Assembly: GCA_033582715.1 (NCBI GenBank)
Contig: JAVQZZ010000001.1
Span: forward strand, 1,708,627 to 1,772,626
Direction: 5' to 3'
DNA from: Lysobacterales bacterium
Lineage (GTDB): Bacteria; Pseudomonadota; Gammaproteobacteria; Xanthomonadales; BPKI01
DNA length: 64,000 bases
Below, in pieces: positions 38,795 through 49,522 of this stretch. A program made the position numbers and the translations under genes. The notes beneath the pieces were generated by a model that saw only the letters and a list, made by a program, of their open reading frames with translations, ran no database searches and was not told where the DNA came from. How positions within the stretch are numbered: position 1 is the stretch's first letter; the number at the start of each line of letters is the position of its first letter.

Positions 38795-39816
38795 CGCAGC
38801 GCCTCCGGTCCGAGCCAGCCGCCCATCACCAGCCCCGCGGCGACCACGATCCAGACGATCGTGATCGGGATGAACACCTTCCAGCCGAGCCGCATGATCT
38901 GGTCGTAGCGGTAGCGCGGGAAGGTGGCGCGGAACCACAGGAACAGGAACATGAACACCACCGTCTTGGCGGCCAGCCACCACCAGCCGGGCTCGGACAG
39001 CCAGCCGAGCCCGAGACCCTGGAACGGCGAGAGCCAGCCGCCGAGGAAGAGGATCGCGGTGAGCAGGGAGATCAGGATCATGTTCGCGTACTCGGCGAGG
39101 AAGAACACCGCGAAGGCGGCGCCCGAGTACTCGACGTGGAAGCCGGCCACGATCTCCGACTCGCCCTCGGCGACGTCGAAGGGCGCGCGGTTGGTCTCCG
39201 CCACGCCCGCGACGAAGTAGATCACGAACAGCGGCAGGAGCGGCAGCCAGAACCAGCTCAGCGCGCCGTATCCGCCCCGCTGCGCCTCGACGATCGCGCT
39301 CAGGTTGAGCGAGCCGGCGGCGACGATCACCCCCACCAGCGCGAAGCCCATCGCGATCTCGTAGGACACCACCTGGGCGGCCGAGCGCATCGCCCCGAGG
39401 AAGGCGTACTTCGAGTTCGAGGACCAGCCGGCGAGGATGATCCCGTAGACCCCCATCGAGGTCATCGCCAGCAGGTAGAGCAGCCCGACGTTGACGTCGG
39501 CGAGCACCACGCCGTGGTCGAAGGGAATCACCGCCCAGGCGGCGAAGGCTGGGGTGAGGGCGAGCAGCGGGGCGAGGTGGAACAGGACCCGATTGGCATT
39601 GCTCGGGACCACGATCTCCTTGAGCAGCAGCTTGATCACGTCGGCGAAGGGCTGCAGCAGCCCGTAGGGCCCGACGTGGATCGGCCCCTTGCGCACCTGC
39701 ATGTAGCCGATCACCCGCCGCTCGAGCAGGGTGTAGAAGGCCACCGCGATGATCAGCGGGACGACGATCGCCAGGATCTTGGCGAGCGTCCAGAGGACCA
39801 GGAGCAGATCAGCCAT
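38791..39816 (-). CDS. nuoH: NADH-quinone oxidoreductase subunit H
   Basis: 341 aa intact from ATG 39816 ([21 protein letters not shown]...[14 protein letters not shown]...[25 protein letters not shown]). The rest of listed ORF 38791..40740 is an out-of-frame read of nuoG. Confidence 0.95.
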   Translation of the reverse strand: MADLLLVLWTLAKILAIVVPLIIAVAFYTLLERRVIGYMQVRKGPIHVGPYGLLQPFADVIKLLLKEIVVPSNANRVLFHLAPLLALTPAFAAWAVIPFDHGVVLADVNVGLLYLLAMTSMGVYGIILAGWSSNSKYAFLGAMRSAAQVVSYEIAMGFALVGVIVAAGSLNLSAIVEAQRGGYGALSWFWLPLLPLFVIYFVAGVAETNRAPFDVAEGESEIVAGFHVEYSGAAFAVFFLAEYANMILISLLTAILFLGGWLSPFQGLGLGWLSEPGWWWLAAKTVVFMFLFLWFRATFPRYRYDQIMRLGWKVFIPITIVWIVVAAGLVMGGWLGPEALR

Positions 39817-42202
39817 GGCCCTCGCCCGCCTCCTCGATCGCGAGCGGGGCATCCCACGGCAGCGTCGCCGCCTCCCCCGCCGCCGGGACCCACACCGCCC
39901 CGCGCGGCACCGCGGGGTCGAGCCGGAGCGGCAGCACCGGCCCTGCGGCGCCGGCCCGCACCCGCACCGCCCGCGCCGCGGCCAGGCCGCGGGCGCTGCG
40001 CCTCCTCGGGATGCAGCGCGGCGAAGGGCCCGCCACCGAGCGGCGTCGCCTGCAGCGCGGCCGCCCGCCGCACGACGGCGTCGACGCCGTAGATCGGCAC
40101 CGTGGCGATGCGCTCGAGCCCGCCCTCGCCCGCGCCGACCCGCCCCACCGCCGAGGGCAAGTCCGGTGCCGCCTCCGCCATGCCCGCCGCCCCGCCTTGC
40201 GGCGGCGCCGCCATGCGCTCGCGAAGCTCGGCGAGCGAGAGCCAGTCGAAGCCGGCGAGGCCCAGCCGCTCGCCCAGGGCGCGCAGCAGCCGCCAGGCGG
40301 GGCGCGCCTCGCCCGGCGGCGGCACCGCGGCGGCGAAGTCCTGCGCCGTGCCGTCGTGATTGAGGTAGCTGCCCTCGTTCTCCGGCAGCAGCGCGATCGG
40401 CAGCAGGACCTCGGCGTGCGCCGCCAGGGCGGGATCGAGGAACGCGGCGAAGGCCACCACCCGGCTGCGACCGAGCAGTCGCCAGGGCGCCCGCGCCGTC
40501 CGCGAAATCCGCCGGCGCCTCGGCGTTGAACCACAGCGTCGACCGGCGGCGGCTCGGCGAGCATTGCCGCCAGGTCGCGGCCCGGCTCCGGCGCCGGTCG
40601 CCCGTGGGGCAGACGGTGAGGGAGCAGGCCGTAGCGCCAGCCTCCGCGCCCGTTCGGCCCCTGCGGGATCTCGTTGAGCCCCGCGCCGGCGGCGGCCGCG
40701 ATCCGCGCCGCGAGGGCGCGCAGCAGCGCCGCCTCGCCATGCTGCGCCGCCTGGTCGCCGAGGATCACCAGCGCCTTCGCCGCCGGCGGCGGCGAGCGCC
40801 TGCGCCGATCGCGCGCGCCTCGGCCTCGGCCGCCGCGCCCGGCCCGGCGGCCGGCTTCCCCTCCGCTCCCGGCGAGCACCGCCGCCAGCAGCTCCGGCCA
40901 GCGCGACGGTCGGCGCCGCCAGATCGCGGGCAAGGCCGTAAGTGGTCGGGAGCGCCAGCGCGCGCAGGGCGAAGATCTCCGCGCCGCGTCGCCACGCCTG
41001 GCGCAGGCGATGCCCGAGCAGCGGCTGCTCCCAGCGCGGATGCGAGCCGATCAGCAGCACCCGGCGCACCTGCGGAATCGCCGCCAGCGCGCGTTCCACC
41101 CGCGGCTCGGAGACCGCGCCGGGGATCGTCGCGGAAGTCGCGCTCGCGCAGCCGGTGGTCGATGTCGCGCGCGCCGAGCCCGCGCGCCACCGCCTGGAGC
41201 AGGAAGGCCTCCTCGCAGCTGGCCGAGGGGTGGGCGATGACGCCGAGGCGCGGCGCCGGCCTCGGCGAGGATCGCGGCCGCGCGCTCGAGCGCCTCCTCG
41301 ATCGACGCCTCCCGCAGCCGACCCTGCTCGCGCAGCATCGGCCTGAGCAGCCGATCCTGGGCGCCGAGCCCGAGATGGCTGAAGCGGTCGCGATCGGCGA
41401 GCCAGGTCTCGTTGATCGCCTCGTTCTCGCGCGGCACCGCCCGCATCACCTCCCGCCGGCGCACGTGCAGCCAGAGGTTCGAGCCGAGGCAGTCGTGGTA
41501 GCCGATCGAGGGCCGGGCGATCAGCTCCCACGGCCGGGCGCGGAAGCGGAAGGGCTTGTTGGTCAGCGCCCCGACCGGGCACAGGTCGATGACGTTGGCC
41601 GAGAGCTCCGACTCCAGCGCCCGGCCGATGTAGGTGCCGATCTCGAGGTGCTCGCCCCGTCCCATGCCGCCGAGCTCGCAGGTGCCCGCGATCTCCTCGA
41701 GGAAGCGCACGCAGCGGGTGCAGTGGATGCAGCGGGTCATGTCGGTCGCGACCAGCGGCCCGAGATCCTCGTCGGGCACCACCCGCTTGCGCTCGGTGAA
41801 GCGCGACACCGAGCGGCCGTAGCCCATGGCCAAGTCCTGCAGCTCGCACTCGCCGCCCTGGTCGCAGATCGGGCAGTCGAGGGGATGGTTGATCAGCAGG
41901 AACTCCATCACCCCGCGCTGGGCATCGAGCGCGCGCCGGCTGCGGGTGTAGACGCGCATCCCCTCCGCCACCGGCGTGGCGCAGGCCGGAAGCGGCTTCG
42001 GCGCCTTCTCGACGTCGACCAGGCACATGCGGCAGTTGGCGGCGATCGAGAGCTTCTTGTGGTAGCAGAAACGCGGAATCGGGATCCCCGCGGCGTCGGC
42101 GGCCTGGATCACCATCGCGCCCTTCGGCACCTCGAGCGCGCGGCCGTCGATCTCGATCCGCACCAGCTCGGGCGCCCTGAGCTCCTTCGGCTGCGCGCTC
42201 AT
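39809..42202 (-). CDS. nuoG: NADH-quinone oxidoreductase subunit G, at least six apparent frameshifts
   Basis: The N-terminal third is intact in ORF 41051..43447 ([36 protein letters not shown]...[17 protein letters not shown]...[18 protein letters not shown]...[10 protein letters not shown]). The remainder hops between ORFs 40765..41190, 39753..42026, 39809..40933 and 38791..40740 and ends ...[15 protein letters not shown]. There is an 8-nt overlap with the nuoH start. Confidence 0.9.
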
Positions 42203-43512
42203 GCCGCCACCCTCCGCTCGCTCTCGACCCGCGAGCGCCCGTGCCGCACGTAGTGCTCGAACTCGTCCCAGAAGTGCCTGAGCATCCCCTGCACCGGCCA
42301 GGCCGCGGCCTCGCCGAAGGCGCAGATCGTGTGGCCCTCGATCTGGCCGGCGATCGCGCGCAGCAGCTCGAGGTCCTCGAGCCGCCCGCGGCCCTCGACG
42401 ATGCGGGTGAGCGTGCGGTACATCCAGCCCGTCCCTTCCCGGCAGGGCGTGCACTGGCCGCAGCTCTCCGCGTAGTAGAACCGGGCGATGCGCTGGCAGG
42501 CGCGGACCATGCAGGTGGTCTCGTCCATCACGATCACCGCGCCGGAGCCGAGCCCCGACCCCGCCTTCTGCAGGCTGTCGTAGTCCATCGTGCACTCGAG
42601 GATGATCTCGGCCGGGAGCACCGGCATCGAGCTGCCCCCGGGGATCACCGCCTTGAGCTTGCGTCCTCCGCGCACGCCCCCGGCGAGCGCGAGCAGCTCG
42701 CGGAACGGCGTGCCGAGCGGCACTTCGTAGTTGCCCGGCCGCTCGACGTGGCCGGACACCGAGAACACCTTGGGGCCGCCGTTGTTGGGGCGCCCGATGG
42801 CGAGGAACCACTCGGCGCCGTTGCGCACGATTGCCGGCACCGAGGCGTAGGTCTCGGTGTTGTTGATCGTCGTCGGGCGCCCGTAGAGCCCGTGGTTGGC
42901 GGGGAACGGGGGCTTGAAGCGCGGCTGGCCCTTCTTGCCTTCCAGCGACTCCATCAGCGCCGTCTCCTCGCCGCAGATGTAGGCACCGGCGCCGAGCACG
43001 TTGTGGATGTCCACGTCGACGCCGCTGCCGCGGATGTTCTTGCCCAGCCAGCCATGGGCGTAGGCCTCGGCGAGCGCCTGCTCCATCCGCTCGAAGGGCT
43101 CGTGGTGGAACTCCCCGCGCAGGTAGTTGTAGGCCACCGTGGCCCCGGTGGCGTAGCAGGCGATCGCCATGCCCTCGAGCACGGCATGGGGGTTGAAGCG
43201 CAGGATGTCGCGGTCCTTGCAGGTTCCCGGCTCGGACTCGTCGGAGTTGCAGAGGATGTACTTCTGCCCGGGAGCGCCGCGCGGCATGAAGGACCACTTG
43301 AGGCCGGTGGGGAAGCCCGCCCCTCCCCGGCCCCGCAGCGCGCTCTTCTTGATCATGTCGACGATCGCGCCGGGGTCGGGCTTCTCGCTCAGGATCCTGT
43401 GCCACGCCTGCCAGCCGCCCACCTTGAGGTAGTTCTCGTAGGACCACGGCTCCTCGAAGTGCAGCGTGGTGAGGACGACGTTGTGCGCGCGCGGCGGGGG
43501 ACCGAAGGGCAT
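42199..43512 (-). CDS. nuoF: NADH-quinone oxidoreductase subunit F
   Basis: 437 aa intact from ATG 43512 (GRGGAGFPTGLKWSF FMN site; ESCGQCTPCREG 4Fe-4S). The stop overlaps the nuoG ATG. Confidence 0.96.
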   Translation of the reverse strand: MPFGPPPRAHNVVLTTLHFEEPWSYENYLKVGGWQAWHRILSEKPDPGAIVDMIKKSALRGRGGAGFPTGLKWSFMPRGAPGQKYILCNSDESEPGTCKDRDILRFNPHAVLEGMAIACYATGATVAYNYLRGEFHHEPFERMEQALAEAYAHGWLGKNIRGSGVDVDIHNVLGAGAYICGEETALMESLEGKKGQPRFKPPFPANHGLYGRPTTINNTETYASVPAIVRNGAEWFLAIGRPNNGGPKVFSVSGHVERPGNYEVPLGTPFRELLALAGGVRGGRKLKAVIPGGSSMPVLPAEIILECTMDYDSLQKAGSGLGSGAVIVMDETTCMVRACQRIARFYYAESCGQCTPCREGTGWMYRTLTRIVEGRGRLEDLELLRAIAGQIEGHTICAFGEAAAWPVQGMLRHFWDEFEHYVRHGRSRVESERRVAA

Positions 43513-43526
43513 GCGCTGGCTCCGGG

Positions 43527-44054
43527 CTAGTCGAGGGCGTCGAGCAGCCGGTCGACCTCGGCGATCGTCAGCCGCTCGTGGTAGTGGCCATCGATGGTCA
43601 TCATCGGCGCGCCGCAGCAGGCGGCGAGGCACTCCTCCTCGCGCTTGAGGTAGATCCGCCCGTCCGGGGTGCTCTCGCCGAGGCGGATGCCGAGCTTGCG
43701 CTCGCAGTGGCGGACGATCTCCTCGGCGCCGTTCAGCCAGCAGGAGATGTTCGTGCAGATCGCCACCTTGTGCCGTCCGACGGGCTTCAGGTCGAACATC
43801 GAGTAGAAGGTCGCCACCTCGTAGGCCCACACCGGCGGCAGGCCGAGATACTTGGCCACCGCGGCGATCAGCTCGTCGCTGAGCCAGCCGCCGTTCTGGT
43901 CCTGGGCCGCCATCAGCGCCTGGATCAGCGCCGAGCGCTTGCGCTCCGGCGGGAACTTGGCCACCCAGCGGTCGATGCGCGCGCGGGTCTCGGCGCTGAG
44001 CGCGCGGTTCGGGTCGACGCCCTCGACCCTGGCGAAGTTGCCGGTGGCCTTCAT
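43527..44054 (-). CDS. nuoE: NADH-quinone oxidoreductase subunit E
   Basis: 175 aa intact from ATG 44054 ([14 protein letters not shown]...[11 protein letters not shown] 2Fe-2S ligands). The ATG overlaps the nuoD stop. Confidence 0.95.
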   Translation of the reverse strand: MKATGNFARVEGVDPNRALSAETRARIDRWVAKFPPERKRSALIQALMAAQDQNGGWLSDELIAAVAKYLGLPPVWAYEVATFYSMFDLKPVGRHKVAICTNISCWLNGAEEIVRHCERKLGIRLGESTPDGRIYLKREEECLAACCGAPMMTIDGHYHERLTIAEVDRLLDALD

Positions 44055-45313
44055 CGGTCGATTTCCCCGAAGACGATGTCGAGGGTGCCGATCACCGCGA
44101 CCACGTCCGGCAGCATGTGGCCGCGGACGATGGCATCGATCGCCGAGAGATGCGCGAAGCCGGGAGCGCGCAGGTGCACCCGGAAGGGCTTGTTGGCGCC
44201 GTCCGAGACCAGGTAGCAGCCGAACTCGCCCTTCGGCGCCTCCACCGCGGCGTAGACCTCGCCCTCCGGCACGACGTAGCCCTCGGTGAAGAGCTTGAAG
44301 TGGTGGATCAGGGCTTCCATGTCGTCCTTCATCTCCTCCCGGGTCGGCGGCGCGACCTTGAAGTTCCGCGCCATCACCGGCCCGGGGTTCCGGCGCAGCC
44401 AGTCGATGCACTGGCGAATGATCCGCGCCGACTGGCGCATCTCCTCGATGCGCACCAGGTAGCGGTCGTAGCAGTCGCCGTTGACCCCGACCGGCACGTC
44501 GAACTCGACCTCGGCGTACTTGGCGTAGGGCTGCTTCTTGCGCAGGTCCCAGGCGACGCCCGAGCCGCGCAGCATCGGTCCGGTCATGCCCCAGGCGAGC
44601 GCCATCTCCGGCGGCACCACGCCGATGCCCACCGTGCGCTGCTTCCAGATGCGGTTGTCGGTGAGCAGGGTCTCGTACTCGTCCACCCGCTTCGGGAAGT
44701 CCTCGCAGAAACACTCGAGGAAGTCGAGCAGGGAGCCCTCGCGCCAGGCGTTCATGCGCTTGAGCTCGGCGGCGCTCCGCCAGGGGCTCTCCTTGTACTT
44801 CGGCATCCGCTCCGGCAGGTCGCGATAGACGCCGCCCGGCCGGTAGTAGGTGGCGTGCATCCGCGCCCCCGAGACCGCCTCGTAGGCGTCCATGAGCTCC
44901 TCGCGCTCGCGGAAGGCGTAGAGGATCATGGTCATCGCGCCGAGGTCGAGGGCGTTCGATCCGATCCACATCAGGTGATTGAGGATCCGGGTGATCTCGT
45001 CGAACATGGTCCGGATCCACAGCGCCCGCGGCGGCGGCTCGATCCCGAGCAGCCTCTCGATCGCCATCACGTAGGCGTGCTCGTTGCACATCATCGAGAC
45101 GTAGTCGAGGCGGTCCATGTAGCCGATCGAGTGGTTGAACGGCTTGGACTCCGCCAGCTTCTCGGTCGCGCGGTGGAGCAGCCCGATGTGGGGATCGGCG
45201 CGGACCACGGTCTCGCCGTCGAGCTCGAGCACCAGCCGCAGCACGCCGTGCGCCGCCGGGTGCTGCGGCCCGAAGTTCATGGTGTAGTTGCGGATCTCGC
45301 GCGCCTCGCTCAC
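44051..45313 (-). CDS. nuoD: NADH-quinone oxidoreductase subunit D
   Basis: 420 aa intact from GTG 45313 ([34 protein letters not shown]...[12 protein letters not shown]). GTGA overlap with the nuoC stop. Confidence 0.96.
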   Translation of the reverse strand: MSEAREIRNYTMNFGPQHPAAHGVLRLVLELDGETVVRADPHIGLLHRATEKLAESKPFNHSIGYMDRLDYVSMMCNEHAYVMAIERLLGIEPPPRALWIRTMFDEITRILNHLMWIGSNALDLGAMTMILYAFREREELMDAYEAVSGARMHATYYRPGGVYRDLPERMPKYKESPWRSAAELKRMNAWREGSLLDFLECFCEDFPKRVDEYETLLTDNRIWKQRTVGIGVVPPEMALAWGMTGPMLRGSGVAWDLRKKQPYAKYAEVEFDVPVGVNGDCYDRYLVRIEEMRQSARIIRQCIDWLRRNPGPVMARNFKVAPPTREEMKDDMEALIHHFKLFTEGYVVPEGEVYAAVEAPKGEFGCYLVSDGANKPFRVHLRAPGFAHLSAIDAIVRGHMLPDVVAVIGTLDIVFGEIDR

Positions 45314-46038
45314 GAGCGTCCCTCCGCGGAGAGCTGACCCTCGACCCGCGCCTGCTCGTAGCGCGAGTCGCGCCGCACCACCCGCGGCACGGTGACCCGG
45401 GGCTCGATCGAGACCGGCTCGTAGACCACCCGGCCGCGCTCCGGATCGTAGCGGACCTCGACCCGGCCGATGAGCGGGAAGTCCTTGCGGAAGGGATGCC
45501 CGATGAAGCCGTAGTCGGTGAGGATCCGCCTGAGGTCCGGGTGCCCCTCGAAGACGATGCCGAAGAGGTCGAAGGCCTCGCGCTCGTACCAGTTCGCCAC
45601 CGGCCAGATCGCGGTCAGCGAGGGCAGCACCGGAAGCTCGTCGTCGGGGGCGAAGCAGCGCAGCCGGAGCCGGCGGTTGTGACGCAGCGACAGCAGCTGC
45701 ACCACCACCGCGAAGCGTCGCGGGACGCCCTCCGCCGCCGGACGCTCCTCCCAGCGGAAGCGCCCGGGGCCGAGCCCCTCGACGCCCCGCGAGAAGCCCT
45801 CGAAGGTCGCCGCGCCCACGTCCCATTCCGCGCTGCCGTAGCCGAGGAAGTCCACCCCGCAGAGGTCGATGAGCTGGGCGAAGGCGAGCTCGGGATCGTC
45901 GCGCAGGATCCGCGCCGCCTCCAGCCAGTGCTCGGGCCTGAGCTCCAGCGTCCAGGTGTCGACCGCGCGACGCAGCTCCGCCACGCGCTCGCCAAGTCGC
46001 TCCCTGAGCAGCCTCGCGAAGGATTCGGTCGCGGCCAT
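45310..46038 (-). CDS. nuoC: NADH-quinone oxidoreductase subunit C
   Basis: 242 aa intact ([31 protein letters not shown]). Confidence 0.95.
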   Translation of the reverse strand: MAATESFARLLRERLGERVAELRRAVDTWTLELRPEHWLEAARILRDDPELAFAQLIDLCGVDFLGYGSAEWDVGAATFEGFSRGVEGLGPGRFRWEERPAAEGVPRRFAVVVQLLSLRHNRRLRLRCFAPDDELPVLPSLTAIWPVANWYEREAFDLFGIVFEGHPDLRRILTDYGFIGHPFRKDFPLIGRVEVRYDPERGRVVYEPVSIEPRVTVPRVVRRDSRYEQARVEGQLSAEGRS

Positions 46039-46042
46039 CCTC

Positions 46043-46579
46043 TCACCCGGCGGCGATCGAGTGGGTGCGGCGGATCTTGCGCTGCAGCTGCAGGATCCCG
46101 TAGATCAGCGCTTCGGCGGTGGGCGGGCAGCCGGGGACGTAGACGTCCACCGGCACGATGCGGTCGCAGCCCCGCACCACCGAGTAGGAGTAGTGGTAGT
46201 AGCCGCCGCCGTTGGCGCAGGAGCCCATCGAGATGACCCACTTGGGCTCCGGCATCTGGTCGTAGACCTTGCGCAGCGCCGGGGCCATCTTGTTGACCAG
46301 GGTACCGGCGACGATCATCACGTCCGACTGCCGCGGCGAGGGGCGGAAGATCACGCCGTAGCGGTCGAGGTCGAGCCGGGCCATGCCGGCGTGCATCATC
46401 TCCACCGCGCAACAGGCCAGGCCGAAGGTCATCGGCCACATCGAGCCGGTGCGCGCCCAGTTGACGAGCGCGTCGAGGCTGGTGGTGACGAAGCCGCGCT
46501 CGAGCAGCGGATTGTCCGCCCCCGGGCGCAGGATGTCGTCGACGCTCGCGACGGGCTCAGGGTTGTGCAGGTACCTCAC
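46043..46579 (-). CDS. nuoB: NADH-quinone oxidoreductase subunit B
   Basis: 178 aa intact ([26 protein letters not shown]). Confidence 0.96.
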   Translation of the reverse strand: MRYLHNPEPVASVDDILRPGADNPLLERGFVTTSLDALVNWARTGSMWPMTFGLACCAVEMMHAGMARLDLDRYGVIFRPSPRQSDVMIVAGTLVNKMAPALRKVYDQMPEPKWVISMGSCANGGGYYHYSYSVVRGCDRIVPVDVYVPGCPPTAEALIYGILQLQRKIRRTHSIAAG

Positions 46580-46583
46580 GGCC

Positions 46584-46943
46584 TCACTCCCAATCGAGGG
46601 CGCCCTTCTTCCATTCGTACACGAAGGCGATCACGAGCACGCCAAGGAAGGCGAGCATCGCCACGAAGGCCGGCCAGCCCGTCTCCCGCAGCACCACCCC
46701 CCAGGGAAAGAGGAAGGCGATCTCGAGGTCGAAGATGATGAACAGGATCGCCACGAGGTAGAAGCGCACGTCGAACTTGAGTCGCGCGTCCTCGAAGGCC
46801 TCGAAGCCGCACTCGTAGGGCGAGAGCTTCTCCGCGTCCGGGCGCTTCGGCCCGAGCAGGCTGCCGAGCGCCAGCAGCAGGCCGCCGACCGCGGCGGCCA
46901 CGATCAGGAACAGCAGGATCGGAAGATACTCAGCGAGCACCAC
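46584..46943 (-). CDS. nuoA: NADH-quinone oxidoreductase subunit A
   Basis: ORF 46584..46967. A GTG at 46943 or 46940 ([20 protein letters not shown]...) gives the usual ~119 aa. PYECGFE motif. Confidence 0.9.
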   Translation of the reverse strand: MVLAEYLPILLFLIVAAAVGGLLLALGSLLGPKRPDAEKLSPYECGFEAFEDARLKFDVRFYLVAILFIIFDLEIAFLFPWGVVLRETGWPAFVAMLAFLGVLVIAFVYEWKKGALDWE

Positions 46944-47052
46944 GGCGCCCCGCCATACCGCACACACCCGGCAAGCGCCCCGCCGGGACCACGAGGGAGC
47001 GGCCTCAGCGCCGCGGGCGCGGATCGCCGCGCGGCCGCTCCGATCCGAGAAC

Positions 47053-47137
47053 TGGTGCCCAGGGTGGGACTCGAACCCACACGACTTGCGTCACTACCCC
47101 CTCAAGATAGCGTGTCTACCAGTTCCACCACCTGGGC
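47053..47137 (-). tRNA. tRNA-Leu (anticodon GAG)
   Basis: Sense: gcccaggtggtggaactggtagacacgctatctTGAGGgggtagtgacgcaagtcgtgtgggttcgagtcccaccctgggcacca. 85 nt, long variable arm, perfect 7-bp acceptor stem, encoded CCA. secG-tRNALeu adjacency is typical. Confidence 0.93.
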
Positions 47138-47171
47138 GGGAATCTCCAACGACCGGTCTCCCGGAGTCCTC

Positions 47172-47639
47172 TCACCGCTCGTCCGAGCCCTCCGCCTGCC
47201 GAGCCTCGGTTTCGGCACCCGCGTCGGAAGCCTTCCCGGCCTCCGCGGCCGCTGGGTCGGCCTTCTGGCCCGCGACCGCGGGGAGCTCCCCGGAGGCCGT
47301 CCCCTCGCCGCTCCCGGGGGCGGCCGGAACGGCCGGCGTCTCGACCGCCGGCTGGTCGGCGCCGGAGACCACACCGAGATCGGAGGCGCCGCGGGCGGCG
47401 ACGCCGGCGCGGCTGGCGTAGGTGGCCATGCCGAGCGTGAGCAGGAAGAAGAGCGTGGCGAGCACCGCCGTGCTGCGGGTGAGGAAGGTGGCCGAACCGC
47501 GGGCACCGAACACGGTGGCGGAGGCACCCGCACCGAACCCGGAGCCGGCGTAGGCCCCCGGACCGCGCTGGAGCAGGATCAGCCCGATCAGGGCGACCGC
47601 GAGCAGCACGTAGACGACGTTGAGGATGGTGATCAGCAT
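47172..47639 (-). CDS. secG: preprotein translocase subunit SecG (with a long Ala/Pro/Glu-rich C-terminal tail)
   Basis: 155 aa from ATG 47639 inside ORF 47172..47765: [55 protein letters not shown]. Confidence 0.9.
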   Translation of the reverse strand: MLITILNVVYVLLAVALIGLILLQRGPGAYAGSGFGAGASATVFGARGSATFLTRSTAVLATLFFLLTLGMATYASRAGVAARGASDLGVVSGADQPAVETPAVPAAPGSGEGTASGELPAVAGQKADPAAAEAGKASDAGAETEARQAEGSDER

Positions 47640-47649
47640 CGTGGTCCGG

Positions 47650-48406
47650 TCAAGCTTCCGCGCCCGCCGCCGCGCGCGCGATGGCGAGGAAGGAGCCCGC
47701 CTCGAGCGCGGCCCCGCCCACCAGCGCGCCGTCGACGTCCCCGGCGGCGAGCAGTGCGGCGGCATTGTCCGCCTTCACGCTGCCGCCGTAGAGGATGCGC
47801 AGCGAGCGCGACATTGTAGCATCGACCGCGGCGCAGGCGCGACGGAGGAAGGCGTGCGCTTCGGCGACCTGCTCCGGCCTCGCGCTCCGTCCGGTACCGA
47901 TCGCCCACACCGGCTCGTAGGCCAACGCCACCCGCCCCCAGAGCGCGGGATCCGCGAGCAGCCCCTGAAGCTGCCGGCCCAGGACCTTCTCGGTCAGCCC
48001 CGCCTCGCGCTCCTCCCAGGTCTCGCCGAGGCACACGATGGGAACGAGTCCGGCTGCCACGGCGGCGGCGGCCTTGGCCCAGACCAGGGCATCGTGTCTC
48101 GCCATGATCGCGCCGCCGCTCGGAATGGCCGACGATGACGTAGCGGCAGCCCACGTCCGCGAGCATCGCCGCGGCGACCTCGCCGGTGTGGGCGCCCTCC
48201 TCCCGGTGCGCGCTCACGTCCTGGGCGCCGAAGGCGATGCGGTCGCCGAAGCGCGCGACCAGCTCCGCGAGGTAGGGGAAGGGCGGCATCACCGCGAGCT
48301 CGACGCCGGGCAGCGGCAGGCCGGCGACGATCGCGGCGAGCAGACCCTCGGCCCGCGCCCGCGAGCCATGCATCTTCCAGTTGCCGGCAACGAGAGGGAT
48401 GCGCAT
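47650..48406 (-). CDS. tpiA: triose-phosphate isomerase, one apparent frameshift near 48105
   Basis: [15 protein letters not shown]...[28 protein letters not shown] (ORF 47633..48709 frame) joins ...[14 protein letters not shown]...[11 protein letters not shown]...ILYGGSV (ORF 47650..48105). Confidence 0.93.
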
Positions 48407-48700
48407 CGGAAGGCGGCGGTGGCGCGCCGACCGCGCGCACCAAGGACCGAGGGGCGTCATGGTAGCCGCAGCGCAGCCGCCAGCGCGAGCCATCCCGCAC
48501 GCCCGGGCTCGCCCCCCTCGCCCACCGCCTCGCCGGCACCGCGCCGACCGCCCCTCCCCCACGAGCGCCCGTGACCCCGCCCCGAACGCGGGCCGCCGCT
48601 TCCTCGCCGGTGGCCTCGCGGCCCGGCCTGCCGGCGGGCGGCTCTTGCGCAGCGCGCGAACCCTGCCCATGCTGCGAGCCTCTCCCGCGGGAGGACAGGC

Positions 48701-49516
48701 ATGGATCACCTTCAGGCCACCGCACCCGGCTGGGCGCTGGTGACCGGCGCCTCGGCCGGCATCGGCGAGGCCATCGCCCGCGAGCTCGCGCGCCGGCGCT
48801 GGAACCTGGTGCTCACCGCGCGCCGCCGGGAGCGGCTGGAGGCGCTGGCCGCCGAACTCGGGCGCTCAGGGGTCGAGACCCGGGTGCTGGTCTCCGACCT
48901 CGCCGAGCCCGCCGCCCCGGCGGTGATCGAGGCCTGGCTCGCCGCGCAGGGGATCGCCATCGAGCTCCTGGTCAACAACGCCGGCTACGGGCTTCCCGGC
49001 TTCTACCACAAGACCGCCTGGGCCGATCAGCAGCGCTTCCTGCAGGTCATGCTCGCCGCGCCCTGCGAGCTCGCCCACCGGCTCCTGCCGGGGATGCGCG
49101 CACGCCGCCGCGGCTACGTGCTCAACGTCGCCTCCCTGGCCGGCCTGATCCCGGGCTCGGCCGGGAATACCCTCTACGGCGCGGTCAAGGCCTTCCTGGT
49201 CAGCTTCTCGCAGTCGCTGGCGCTCGAGAACCGCGATCTCGGCATCAGGGTCTCGGCGCTGTGTCCCGGCTTCACCGTGAGCGAGTTCCACGACGTGAGC
49301 CAGGCGCGCCATCTCGTCGAGCGGCTGCCGCGCTGGATGTGGATGAGCTCGGAGGAGGTGGCGCGACGCGGTCTGGATGCGCTCTTCGCCGGGCGCGTGG
49401 TCTACGTGCCGGGCACCGTCAACCGCCTCATCCGCTTCCTCGCCAAGCACCTTCCCGACCGCCTCGCGCTGGCGCTGATGGCGCGCCAGTCGCGGCGCTT
49501 CCGCCGCCGCGACTGA
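48701..49516 (+). CDS. short-chain dehydrogenase/reductase (SDR) family oxidoreductase
   Basis: 271 aa intact. [12 protein letters not shown], and Y-x3-K (YGAVKAF). Confidence 0.85.
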   Translation: MDHLQATAPGWALVTGASAGIGEAIARELARRRWNLVLTARRRERLEALAAELGRSGVETRVLVSDLAEPAAPAVIEAWLAAQGIAIELLVNNAGYGLPGFYHKTAWADQQRFLQVMLAAPCELAHRLLPGMRARRRGYVLNVASLAGLIPGSAGNTLYGAVKAFLVSFSQSLALENRDLGIRVSALCPGFTVSEFHDVSQARHLVERLPRWMWMSSEEVARRGLDALFAGRVVYVPGTVNRLIRFLAKHLPDRLALALMARQSRRFRRRD

Positions 49517-49522
49517 GCCGGC

